64,000 nucleotides of DNA, from assembly GCA_965205505.1 (NCBI GenBank), contig CBDBHB010000006.1:460175-524174 (forward strand), given 5' to 3'. The notes beneath the pieces were generated by a model, which was not told where the DNA came from, did not search any database, and saw nothing but the letters and a program-made list of their open reading frames with translations. Below are positions 27,834-36,910 of the stretch, piece by piece. How positions within the stretch are numbered: the stretch's first letter is position 1; each line of letters begins with the position of its first letter. The translations under genes and the position numbers were made by a program. The stretch comes from Acidobacteriota bacterium (GTDB taxonomy: Bacteria > Acidobacteriota > UBA890 > WLXD01).

Positions 27834-29222
27834 ATGCACCGGCAGGCACGGAGCGCTGCTACTGGGACGTCGATCGCGGCGATCCTGACCGTGACGGTGC
27901 TGACCCCACGAGTGCAACTCAGCACCGAGGACATCGCGTCAGCCGCACCCACGGTGCAGCTAGCGGCGACCGAGGCGGCGCAAATCGAGCTCGGTGCGCT
28001 GGTCAGCACCTTCGAGGAGCTCTCCGGAGCTCCGCAACGACGCGCCGACCTGGGCTGTCGCGACCTGCGCTCCCAACGATGTCAGGTGAACCTCGCTCGC
28101 GTGGGTGCGCTGTATGTTGATCTGCTTAGCCGCACGCGGGGAGTACAGCGACACGCGCTGGAACCATCAGGCAGGATCGATCTCGATGTGCTGGAGTGGC
28201 GGTCGCGGCTCGCCGTGGCACGGTACCTCGACCTCGACTCCAACGGGTTTGACCAGCTCGGCTACGCGGCGCATATCCTGCGCCACACCGGACAGGAGCG
28301 CGACCCCGTTGAGCTCCATGAGCTCGGGCTGCGAGAGATCGAGCGGATCCGCAAGGCAATGCTGGATCTGGTTCATGCGCAGGATCCTGACGCCGATCTC
28401 GACGCGTTTCTCGAGGCAGCCCGAACCGACGGCCGCCTCTTTGCCGGCTCGCGCGAAGAGCTCAGGTCAATCGCCAGGACGATCGCCGCTCGCATAGAAC
28501 GCCGACTGGGCTCGGCGTTCAACGGGATTCCGACTGTCCCCTATAGCATCGAGCTGTTGCGCCGAGGAGAGCGCGGGTTCATGGCCCAGTATCGCCAAGG
28601 CAACGAAGGAATCCGGGGTCGGCACGTCGGCTACGTCCTGCTGAACTCAGATCCTCGCCAGGTACCGCTTTTCGTGCTCGAAGCATTGTTGTTGCACGAA
28701 GCCATGCCTGGGCATCACCTACAGGCGACGTGGGCCACGGCTCACGCCGAGGACTCCCGCTGGCGTAGGCGCTTCGCGATGACAGCCTTCGTTGAAGGTT
28801 GGGGGCTGTATGCCGAGAGCCTCGGAGCTGATCTCGGCATCTATCGCCACCCCATGACCGAGTTCGGCCGCCTGAACCTGGAAATGTGGCGCGCTATTCG
28901 GCTGGTGGTGGACACCGGACTGCACGCCTTTGATTGGGATCGTCGTCGAGGCGAGGAGCTGTTCCGCAAGCACACCGCGTTACCCGACGAGCAGATCCGC
29001 ATCGAGGTGCGCCGCTACCAAGAAAACCCTGGCCAGGCAGTCGCTTACAAGGTGGGTGAGCTGAAGTTTCGCGAACTTCGGGCTGGCGCCGAGAAGGCGC
29101 TCGGTGCGGGCTTCGATCTTGGAGCATTTCACGATGCGGTGCTGGCCCACGGCGCTATTCTGTTGCAGTCGCTCGACGACCAGGTCGACGATTGGGTGGC
29201 CACCGCCGCCCAGGGAAGCTAG
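27834..29222 (+). CDS. DUF885 family protein (shortened; putative gluzincin-like peptidase)
   Basis: HELGLREIERI, LHEAMPGHHLQ, AFVEGWGLYAE, RLVVDTGLH, PGQAVAYKVG and FHDAVL motifs. ATG at 27834 has a GGAGG RBS. Confidence 0.85.
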   Translation: MHRQARSAATGTSIAAILTVTVLTPRVQLSTEDIASAAPTVQLAATEAAQIELGALVSTFEELSGAPQRRADLGCRDLRSQRCQVNLARVGALYVDLLSRTRGVQRHALEPSGRIDLDVLEWRSRLAVARYLDLDSNGFDQLGYAAHILRHTGQERDPVELHELGLREIERIRKAMLDLVHAQDPDADLDAFLEAARTDGRLFAGSREELRSIARTIAARIERRLGSAFNGIPTVPYSIELLRRGERGFMAQYRQGNEGIRGRHVGYVLLNSDPRQVPLFVLEALLLHEAMPGHHLQATWATAHAEDSRWRRRFAMTAFVEGWGLYAESLGADLGIYRHPMTEFGRLNLEMWRAIRLVVDTGLHAFDWDRRRGEELFRKHTALPDEQIRIEVRRYQENPGQAVAYKVGELKFRELRAGAEKALGAGFDLGAFHDAVLAHGAILLQSLDDQVDDWVATAAQGS

Positions 29223-29243
29223 TGTCCTGACTCAGGGCACTAG
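29219..29243. repeat. 25-bp palindrome CTAGTGTCCTGA-C-TCAGGGCACTAG (possible collapsed MITE footprint)
   Basis: 12-bp arms with one mismatch and CTAG at both ends. The first CTAG contains the DUF885 stop; the second runs into CTAGCAGGCCG. Confidence 0.7.
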
Positions 29244-29360
29244 CAGGCCGAGCTGTCGATCCCGCGAGCATCACCGCAATGCCGCCTCGCCGCTCCGCGC
29301 CCCGCCAAGCCCCGGCGGTCGCGTTGGCAGACGACGGACACGAACGATACCTTTTCGCGC

Positions 29361-30887
29361 ATGAAGGAGATCCAGCGTATCCTCGTTGCGAACCGAGGCG
29401 AGATCGCAGTGCGTATCATTCGTGCCTGCCGCGATCTCGGCATAGAAGCGGTAGCAGTTTACTCGGACGCCGACCGTGAGGCGTTGCATGTTCGCCTGGC
29501 GAACCGCGCCTATCGGCTGGGGCCCGCGGCGGCGTCCGAGTCTTATCTGCGCATCGATCGGTTGATCGCGATCGCCATCGAGGCGAACGCCGATGCGGTG
29601 CACCCGGGGTACGGCTTCCTCGCCGAGAATCCCGACTTCGCGCGCGCCGTCGGTGATGCCGGCTTGACCTTCATCGGCCCTCGACCCGAGGTCATGGCAG
29701 CGGTAGGCGATAAGAACCACGCACGCGAGATCGCCCGCGAAGTCGGCGCACCGACGGTACCGGGAAGCCCTGGACCCCTCGAAACTACCGACGCGGCCAT
29801 CGCTGTTGCCGAGCAACTCGGCTACCCGGTGCTGTTGAAGGCTGTCGCCGGCGGCGGCGGAAAAGGCATGCGCCAAGTAGACGGCCCCGACGAGATGGAA
29901 TCGGCTTTTCGTGCCGCTACCAGCGAGGCCAGCTCCGCGTTCGCTGATGGGCGCGTCTACGTCGAGAAGATGATTCTTGAGCCACGCCACGTCGAGATCC
30001 AGCTGCTCTGCGACGAGCACGGCAATCGCATCCATCTGGGTGAGCGCGAGTGCTCGCTGCAACGTCGACACCAAAAGGTTGTTGAAGAAGCTCCATCGCC
30101 GGCGCTCGACGACGACCTGCGCGACCAGATGGGTAAGGCGGCGTTGGCGATCGCCGCCAGGGTCGACTACACGAACGCCGGTACGGTCGAGTTTCTGCTT
30201 GATACCGAGGGCAGGTTCTACTTTATCGAGCTCAACGCGCGGCTTCAGGTCGAGCATGCCGTCACCGAGATGGTCACCGGCATCGACATCGTCGCGGCCC
30301 AGATCGCGGTCGCCCGGGGCGAGCAGCTCCCATGGGACCAGCGCGACGTGCGCGTGCGGGGCCACGCCATAGAGTGCCGAATCTACGCCGAGGATCCGTT
30401 CAACAATTTCGCCCCGGCACCGGGACGAATCGAGGGACTCCGCGCACCCGGCGGTCCTGGAGTGCGCAACGACTCCGCCCTTTACGATGGCTACGAGGTA
30501 TCGATCTTCTACGATCCGATGATCTCCAAGCTGATCGTCTGGGGCGCGGATCGCCCGGCCGCGCTGAGCCGCATGCGACGCGCTTTGAAGGAGTACAAGA
30601 TCGTCGGCATCTCGACGACGATTCCGCTTTTTCAACACATCATGCAGGAGCCAGCATTCCTCGCGGGGAACTTCGATACTGGCTACCTTGATGGCCTTCT
30701 CGGCGATTCGGGCCCGCTCGGACCGCGTCATCTTCGCCATGCGGAGCTCACCGACATTGCCGCGATAAGTGCCGCGTTGCACGCCTTTCGACGCGAGGAG
30801 ACTCGCGCTTTCCAGCTCCGCAACGGCGGATCGTCGGCCTGGAAGGTGGCGGGGCGAGAACGAGGCTTGCGGGGAATCCCCCGATGA
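29361..30887 (+). CDS. accC: Biotin carboxylase subunit of acyl-CoA carboxylase
   Basis: ILVANRGEIAVR, HPGYGFLAEN, GGGGKGMR, ERECSLQRRHQK and YDPMISKLIV motifs. Confidence 0.93.
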   Translation: MKEIQRILVANRGEIAVRIIRACRDLGIEAVAVYSDADREALHVRLANRAYRLGPAAASESYLRIDRLIAIAIEANADAVHPGYGFLAENPDFARAVGDAGLTFIGPRPEVMAAVGDKNHAREIAREVGAPTVPGSPGPLETTDAAIAVAEQLGYPVLLKAVAGGGGKGMRQVDGPDEMESAFRAATSEASSAFADGRVYVEKMILEPRHVEIQLLCDEHGNRIHLGERECSLQRRHQKVVEEAPSPALDDDLRDQMGKAALAIAARVDYTNAGTVEFLLDTEGRFYFIELNARLQVEHAVTEMVTGIDIVAAQIAVARGEQLPWDQRDVRVRGHAIECRIYAEDPFNNFAPAPGRIEGLRAPGGPGVRNDSALYDGYEVSIFYDPMISKLIVWGADRPAALSRMRRALKEYKIVGISTTIPLFQHIMQEPAFLAGNFDTGYLDGLLGDSGPLGPRHLRHAELTDIAAISAALHAFRREETRAFQLRNGGSSAWKVAGRERGLRGIPR

Positions 30888-31417
30888 TCATCGAGGTCGA
30901 CATCGAGGGTGAAGACGGCGTGCGCCGGTACCGGGTACGGCGGGACCGCGGCGCCATCCGTATGTGGCGGCTTTCCGTCGCCGACTCCGATGAAAACGCT
31001 TTTGAGGTTCAGATCGATTGGCGGATGCCCGAGCCTGGCAACTACTCCCTGCTCGTCGACGGCCGCTCATATGATGTACACGTCGACGAGATCGATGAGG
31101 ACCCCGAGCTGCTGGAGCTGCACCTGCTAGGCGCTGTGGTCCGCGCGCGGGCCTCGGACGCCCGACGACGCCGAATCGCCCCGACGGGCACCGAACCGGA
31201 CGGCACGGTCTCTGTGACGGCACCGATGCCGGGGCGTGTGCTCAAGGTGCTCGCTCCGCGAGGCACCGCGGTAAGGCGAGGTGATGGCATCATCGTTCTC
31301 GATGCCATGAAGATGGAGAACGAGCTCAAGGCGCCGCGCGATGGCACCGTGGTAGACGTGGTCGTCGAAGAAGGGGCGGGCGTGGAGCGCGGCGCCGTCT
31401 TGGCGATCATCGAATGA
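30884..31417 (+). CDS. Biotin carboxyl carrier subunit
   Basis: APMPGRV and (D)AMKMENE biotinylation motif; coupled to the biotin carboxylase. Confidence 0.9.
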   Translation: MIIEVDIEGEDGVRRYRVRRDRGAIRMWRLSVADSDENAFEVQIDWRMPEPGNYSLLVDGRSYDVHVDEIDEDPELLELHLLGAVVRARASDARRRRIAPTGTEPDGTVSVTAPMPGRVLKVLAPRGTAVRRGDGIIVLDAMKMENELKAPRDGTVVDVVVEEGAGVERGAVLAIIE

Positions 31418-32223
31418 ACGACGCGATGATCTACGGCCAGGAGCCACGGCCGTCCGGCCCATTTCGGATGGGCGATTGGTCGGTCGATCCGTCTTCCGGC
31501 ACCGTCACGTGCGGCCAGGCGGAGGGGCGGTTGGAGCCCAAGGTCATGGAGGTGCTTCTGCAGCTCGCCGGCCGTCCAGGAGCAGTGCTCTCCAAGAACG
31601 AGCTGATCGACGCCGTATGGCCTGACAGCATCGTCGGCGAAGCAGCGCTGAGCCGCTGTATCTCGGAGCTACGCCGGGCTCTCGGCGACGACGCGCGGGA
31701 GCCGCGATACATCGAGACGCTGCCCAAGCGCGGGTACCGGCTCCTGGCGGATGTGCGGGCGGTGCCCGTGCGCGAGCCAGCCCGCAACGTAGTCGCACCA
31801 CCGGTACGCAGTAGGCGGTCGTGGCAAGTGTTGCTGGCCGGCACGATCGCGGCGGCGCTGTTCGCCGCCTGGTGGGCGGCGCGGCAGCCGGCAAGTGTGC
31901 CGGGAAATATCGAATCGCTTGCTGTGTTGCCGCTACGGGCGCTCTCGGATGACCCCGAGCAACGGTTCTTTGCAGAGGGACTCACGAACCAGCTGATCAC
32001 GCAGCTCGCCACGGTGCGGACGCTCCGCGTCGTGTCGGGCCTGGCGGCGCGTCAGGCACGCGACGCCGACGCGGCACTGGCGTTGCTGGAGATGGCCGCC
32101 GAACGACGGTCGTTGCGCCTTGCCGCGATTCTGGAGGATCCGTATCTGCGTCAGCTACGAGACAAGACCCGCTTCAAAGCGCTTCTCGCAGGGATGGCGC
32201 TGCCGCTGGGCGATGATCGGTAG
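31414..32223 (+). CDS. CadC/OmpR-type winged-helix protein with TM and TolB-like stub (internally deleted)
   Basis: LEPKVMEVL...VWP...LSRCISELRRALGDD..PRYIETLPKRGYR, then a TM, then SLAVLPL...FFAEGLT...LRVVS, which joins directly to the C-terminal DPYLRQLR..RFKALL segment. Confidence 0.8.
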   Translation: MNDAMIYGQEPRPSGPFRMGDWSVDPSSGTVTCGQAEGRLEPKVMEVLLQLAGRPGAVLSKNELIDAVWPDSIVGEAALSRCISELRRALGDDAREPRYIETLPKRGYRLLADVRAVPVREPARNVVAPPVRSRRSWQVLLAGTIAAALFAAWWAARQPASVPGNIESLAVLPLRALSDDPEQRFFAEGLTNQLITQLATVRTLRVVSGLAARQARDADAALALLEMAAERRSLRLAAILEDPYLRQLRDKTRFKALLAGMALPLGDDR

Positions 32224-32332
32224 ACGAGGATCGTACGGTCGTTCCCACCCTGCGCAGGCCTGAGGTGAGCCGGCGGATACAATCCTGGATCACCGACGTC
32301 CGCCAGCGCGCCACCATCAGCCGGATGTACCC

Positions 32333-33427
32333 GTGACCCCACGTTCCGGCGCAAAAGCGCCACTCTCGCTTACCACTCCACCGCCGATCACCGACGGCCA
32401 CGGCTTCGGTGCCATCGTTGGTCAGGAGTCTGTGATTGGCGCACTCCGGCGAGCTCTCAGCAGTGCGCGGCTACCACACACGCTGTTGTTCGCCGGCCCC
32501 CCCGGCGTGGGCAAGGCGACCTGCGCAGGCATCGTCGCGCAGGCGCTCAATTGCGCCGAGCAGGGTCCGGCCGATGCCTGCGGAGAGTGCGTATCGTGCC
32601 GGAAGGTCGAGCGCGGCCTGCATCCCGACGTGCTGTGGATGGCACCAGCGCCTCGTACGGTAGGGATCAAGGCAGTGCGCCGCGCTGCTGCTGCGACGGG
32701 CTATCGACCGTACGAAGGCCGCCACCGTGTGGTGGCGGTGGATGAAGCCCACATGCTCACCACCGAAGCCCAGAATGCGTTCCTCAAGACGCTCGAAGAG
32801 CCGCCGGCGTCTTCGGCGATCGTGTTGGTCACGCCGGCGCCAGGAAGCTTGCTGGCAACCGTTCGGTCGCGGTGCCAGTCGCTGCGCTTCTCACCGTTGC
32901 CGCAGTCCCTGGTGCGCGCCTACCTGACTGACAAACGCGGTCTCGACCCCGACGAGGCGAGGTTGCGGGCGGCCCTCACCCCGGGAAGCATCGGACGTGC
33001 CCTGTGCATCGATCTGGACGGCTACGCGGACCTGCTCGAGGCGGTGGTCGAGGCGTTGCGATCGGCGCAGCTTGGCGGCGCCGGCGTAATTGCTGCGGCC
33101 GAGAGCTTGTCATCGATCGGTACCGGCGAGACGGCGACACAGCGGGCAGTCAGCACGTTGGAGGTCGGCCGCGACATCCTCCGCGACCTCCTGGTGGTAT
33201 CTGCTGGAGGCGCTCGCTCGAGTCTGGTCAACACGGATCGATTCGAGGCCTGGAAAGCATGGGCGCAAGACATGGACCCCGACGCGGCGGCTCGAGCGCT
33301 CGAGTCGTTGAACGAAGGCATCGATCGGTTGACCACAGGTATTCAACCCAACGTAAAGCTGTCACTCGAGCACACGCTGATCGCAGTCGGCGAGCGACTC
33401 GATGGCTGCCACGTGCCAGTCTCATGA
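32333..33427 (+). CDS. holB: DNA polymerase III subunit delta'
   Basis: IVGQE, GPPGVGK, C..ACGECVSC zinc motif, HPDV, AQNAFLKTLEEP and TVRSRCQ. Confidence 0.9.
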   Translation: MTPRSGAKAPLSLTTPPPITDGHGFGAIVGQESVIGALRRALSSARLPHTLLFAGPPGVGKATCAGIVAQALNCAEQGPADACGECVSCRKVERGLHPDVLWMAPAPRTVGIKAVRRAAAATGYRPYEGRHRVVAVDEAHMLTTEAQNAFLKTLEEPPASSAIVLVTPAPGSLLATVRSRCQSLRFSPLPQSLVRAYLTDKRGLDPDEARLRAALTPGSIGRALCIDLDGYADLLEAVVEALRSAQLGGAGVIAAAESLSSIGTGETATQRAVSTLEVGRDILRDLLVVSAGGARSSLVNTDRFEAWKAWAQDMDPDAAARALESLNEGIDRLTTGIQPNVKLSLEHTLIAVGERLDGCHVPVS

Positions 33428-34431
33428 GACCCTTTCTGGGCTGTAGCATGGGCGATCCCGCCGGGATCGGCCCGCAGATCCTGCTCCGCGCAGCTGCCGA
33501 GCTCGCGACTGCCGATTGCCTCCTTATCGGTGATGCTGCCGTATTCTCCAAGCACGCGGAATGCGCCGGTTTGAACCCTGATAGCTTCCGCGTGATCGAC
33601 GGGATCGACGCCGCGCAGCGCGCCCGCAGCACGGGTGATCGCGGTCCGTGGATGCTCCCGTGCACCGCCGCCGCGGAGGGCTTCCGCCCCGGGCACGCGC
33701 AAGGAACGCAGGGCCCCGCGGCGCTCGACAGCATTAACCAGGGCGAGCGCCTGGTACGCAGCGGTGAGGTCGACGCCCTGGTCACTGCCCCGGTCAACAA
33801 AGACCTCATCGCTACTGTTGAGCCGCGCTTCCGAGGACATACCGAGTACCTTGCTGAGCGCGCCGGCGTGGACACACCGATCATGCTCTTCGCCGGGCCT
33901 CGCCCGCACATCGCATTGCTCACCACCCATCTGCCCACCGCAACCGCGATCTCCCTCATTCGAACCGACTCCGTCGATGCGATGCTGCGCAGGTTGCACA
34001 TGCGGTGGGCGTCGTGCTTCGGGAAACCCCCGGTCATCGGCGTCGCGGCGCTCAATCCGCACGCCGGCGAGCAGGGACGGCTGGGCACCGAAGAAGCCCG
34101 CATTCTGTATCCGGCCATCGCCGCCACCCGTGCCGACGGCATCGATGCTCGAGGCCCCTATGCCGCCGACTCCATCTTCCTCCGCTCTGAGCTCGACGTG
34201 ATTCTCGCGCTCTACCATGACCAGGGCACCATCCTGGCGAAGCGCGCGCCCTGGCCCACGGTGAACCTGACGCTGGGCCTGCCTTACATTCGCACCTCGC
34301 CGGATCACGGCACGGCGTACGACCTTGCGGCATCCGGTACGGCCGATCATCGACCGATACTGGCGGCGATGGAGCTGGCGGCCGAACTAGCGAGGGGTGG
34401 AGGGGGGCGGAGAACACACCCATCCCCTTAG
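33424..34431 (+). CDS. pdxA: 4-hydroxythreonine-4-phosphate dehydrogenase family
   Basis: MGDPAGIGP, TAPVNK, GHTEYLA, LNPHAGE, YHDQG and IRTSPDHGTA motifs. The last codons run through the left arm of the downstream inverted repeat. Confidence 0.92.
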   Translation: MRPFLGCSMGDPAGIGPQILLRAAAELATADCLLIGDAAVFSKHAECAGLNPDSFRVIDGIDAAQRARSTGDRGPWMLPCTAAAEGFRPGHAQGTQGPAALDSINQGERLVRSGEVDALVTAPVNKDLIATVEPRFRGHTEYLAERAGVDTPIMLFAGPRPHIALLTTHLPTATAISLIRTDSVDAMLRRLHMRWASCFGKPPVIGVAALNPHAGEQGRLGTEEARILYPAIAATRADGIDARGPYAADSIFLRSELDVILALYHDQGTILAKRAPWPTVNLTLGLPYIRTSPDHGTAYDLAASGTADHRPILAAMELAAELARGGGGRRTHPSP

Positions 34432-34545
34432 GGCAACGTCACCGTTCTTGGTCGATCAGCGTCCTAGCTCGCGCGTCTCGGGCGGAGGTTGGCGAACGGA
34501 GGGTGTGGCGAGGTTGCCTACAGGGGATGGGTGTGTTCTCCGCCC
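34405..34545 (+). repeat. Structured palindromic module A (24-bp perfect arms around an ~90-nt core)
   Basis: GGGCGGAGAACACACCCATCCCCT (34405-34428) is the exact reverse complement of 34522-34545. The core is homologous to module B. Confidence 0.85.
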
Positions 34546-34602
34546 AGCACCGTTTTCGCTATCGGCGCCGCTTCAATGGCCCGGCATCGGGGCGTTGATC
34601 CG

Positions 34603-34818
34603 ACACCGTAGGGGACTCTTGCTACTCGACGCCGAAGTACGGCGGCGGGGAGCGTCGACTCCAACACCCCGCCCACAAACAAGGACCCCAGAGGGGTCCG
34701 AGGACTGCGGCTCGCCCTCGGTGCCGCGAACGTCAGCGCGTTCAACACCGCCTCCTCTTCAGCAGGAGTCCCCCTGTAGGTTCTGAGTCGGGAGCGGGAG
34801 CAGTCTCCCCCACGGTGT
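34603..34818. other. Multi-hairpin, pseudoknot-capable structured segment (candidate ncRNA or MITE)
   Basis: Closing stem GGGGACTCTTGCT (34611-34623) / AGCAGGAGTCCCC (34761-34773); alternative outer pairing 34603-34615 / 34806-34818; several internal hairpins. Confidence 0.55.
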
Positions 34819-34823
34819 GGCTA

Positions 34824-34964
34824 GCGCGATGGGTGGCGGTGTGCGTGAAGACAGCCTCGCCACACCGACCGTTCGGAGGCCGACGCCCGAGACGCGCGAG
34901 CAACCCAGCCGATCTATCACCAAGCGGTGACGCTGTCACTCACGCACACCGCCACCCATCGCGC
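34824..34964 (-). repeat. Structured palindromic module B (25-bp perfect arms around an ~90-nt core), inverted homolog of module A
   Basis: GCGCGATGGGTGGCGGTGTGCGTGA (34824-34848) is the exact reverse complement of 34940-34964. It abuts the smpB TAG on one side and CTAG (34821-34824) on the other. Confidence 0.85.
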
Positions 34965-35426
34965 CTACCTACGCCGTCGCAGAGCCTGCTCCACATCCCG
35001 CTCCACCGCCTCGCGCTTCAGGATGTCGCGCTTGTCATAGTTTTTCTTGCCCCGCGCCACCGCGATCTCCACCTTGGCGCGACCGTTGCGGAAGTAGATG
35101 CGTAGAGGTACGAGGGTGAAGCCCCTTTCTATCTGGCGACCGAACACACGATCGATCTCACGCCGCTTCAGCAAGAGTTTGCGGACGCGCTCCGGGTCGT
35201 GCTGATTGTGCTTGCCGGCTGCGGGATAGGGGCCGATGTGGAGGTTGTGCAGCCAGACCTCGCCGTCTGTGATCGAGGCGTAGGCATCCTTGAGGTTGGC
35301 ATTTCCGAGGCGTAGAGACTTCACTTCGGAGCCCAGCAGGACGACGCCGGCTTCGTACGTATCGAGGAGCTCGTAGTTCTTACGCGCCCGACGATTGTTC
35401 GCGACCACCTTTAGGTCCTCGGCCAT
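34965..35426 (-). CDS. smpB: SsrA-binding protein
   Basis: NRRARKNY, EAGVVLLGSEVKSLR, RVRKLLLKRREI and ARGKKNYDKR motifs. Confidence 0.97.
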   Translation of the reverse strand: MAEDLKVVANNRRARKNYELLDTYEAGVVLLGSEVKSLRLGNANLKDAYASITDGEVWLHNLHIGPYPAAGKHNQHDPERVRKLLLKRREIDRVFGRQIERGFTLVPLRIYFRNGRAKVEIAVARGKKNYDKRDILKREAVERDVEQALRRRR

Positions 35427-35430
35427 AAGC

Positions 35431-36735
35431 CTACAGACGCACGAGGTTCGGCGGCGCTTTCCCTTCGACGACGTTGCGCGTATCCACAACAAGCGGCGAC
35501 GCAGCAACAACGCCCGCCCAGTCGATATTGCTGTGGTCGGTGCCCACGACGACACAGTCCGCCTCGGCACAGGCCTCGATCAGCCCGTCGATGGAATGCA
35601 GTGGACCGAGACCTTCGATGTTTTCGAGCGCCGGCACGAACGGATTATGGTACGAGACGTCGGCGCCCTTGGCAGCCAGCAGCTGCATGATGTCGATGGC
35701 CGGCGATTCGCGCGTATCATCAACATCTCGCTTGTACGCCACGCCGATCATCACGACGCGTGAGCCGTTAACGCTCTTCCGTTGATCATTGAGCGCATCA
35801 ACTACCTTCTGCACGACGTGGTGCGGCATGCCCGCGTTGATCTCGGAGGCCACCTCGATGAGGCGGGCGTGATAGTCGAGGGTGCGTACCTTCCAGGTCA
35901 GCTAGTGCGGATCGATCGGTATGCAGTGTCCACCGAGCCCGGGCCCCGGGTAGAAGGGCATGAAGCCGAATGGCTTGGTAGCGGCGGCACGGATCACCTC
36001 CCACGAGTCGATGCCAAGCCGGTCGCATATCAGCGCCATCTCGTTGGCCAAACCGATGTTCACGGCGCGAAACGTGTTCTCGAGCAGCTTCACGAGCTCA
36101 GCGACGCGCGGCGAGGACACAGCATGCACCGTACCCACGATGGTGCCATAGAGCGCCGTCGCCACATGGGTGCATTTCGTCGTCATGACCCCGATGACCT
36201 TGGGCGTGTTTTCGAGCGTGAAAGTCTCGTTTCCAGGATCGATGCGCTCGGGGGAGAAGGCGAGGAAATAGTCGCGCCCGGCTTGGCGTCCGTGGGTCTC
36301 CAGCCTCGGCAACAGCACCTCTTCGGTGGTACCCGGGTACGTGGTGCTCTCGAGAACCACGAGCATGTCGTCGTGCATCGCCTCGGCTACGCGATCGGCC
36401 GACGCGACGACATACGAAATGTCAGGATCGCGGGTCTTGCTAAGCGGCGTCGGCACGCAGATGTGGACGCTGTCTGCGGTGGCGATGACGGCCGCATCGG
36501 TGGTTGCCTCGACCCGTCCGGCCTCGACCTGAGCGCGCAGGCGCTCTGAAGCGGTGTCGGGTACGTACGACTCGCCCCGGCGGATCGCCTCGACCTTGGA
36601 GTTGTCGATGTCCAGCCCGGTTACCCGGAAGCCCGCCTCCGCAAAGCTCACCGCCAGCGGCAAGCCCACGTATCCGAGCCCCATGACGCAGACATGGGCG
36701 CTGCGATCTTGGATACGAGTGAGGAGATCGGACAT
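35431..36735 (-). pseudogene. Nucleotide-sugar dehydrogenase (WecC/TviB/WbpA type) interrupted by an in-frame TAG at 35902-35904
   Basis: GLGYVGLP, ICVPTP, LESTTYPGTT, FSPERIDPG, GLGGHCIPIDPH*LTWK, and GVAYKRDVDDTRESP in the same frame after the stop. Confidence 0.85.
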
Positions 36736-36910
36736 TCGCCCGGCAGGATGCGCGCGACCTGCGCAGAAGGAAGGGAACCGGCTGGCAGTATAGGTAGCAG
36801 GGTTCGGAACGGGCAAGCACGGCATGAGACGATGCCGCGGTGCGCGTTCCGCCGACGAGCTCACCGATCGCGCCGACTGCGATCACCCTGGAGCACGTTT
36901 GTTGGAAACG

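Noticed and set aside
34394-34811. tmRNA (ssrA) downstream of smpB: minus strand starts GGGGGAGAC and ends ...CCCTCCACCC
   Set aside because: The T-loop is non-canonical (TGTTCTC), the acceptor 3' strand is one base short with no CCA, and there is no tag frame ending in ALAA-like residues. The apparent 3' end is better explained as one arm of a 24-bp inverted repeat.
35902-35904. Genome-wide amber recoding or pyrrolysine insertion
   Set aside because: TAG is the normal stop of many genes here (hsp20, rplY, pccB, smpB), no pyl genes are seen, and the position is an ordinary aromatic residue.
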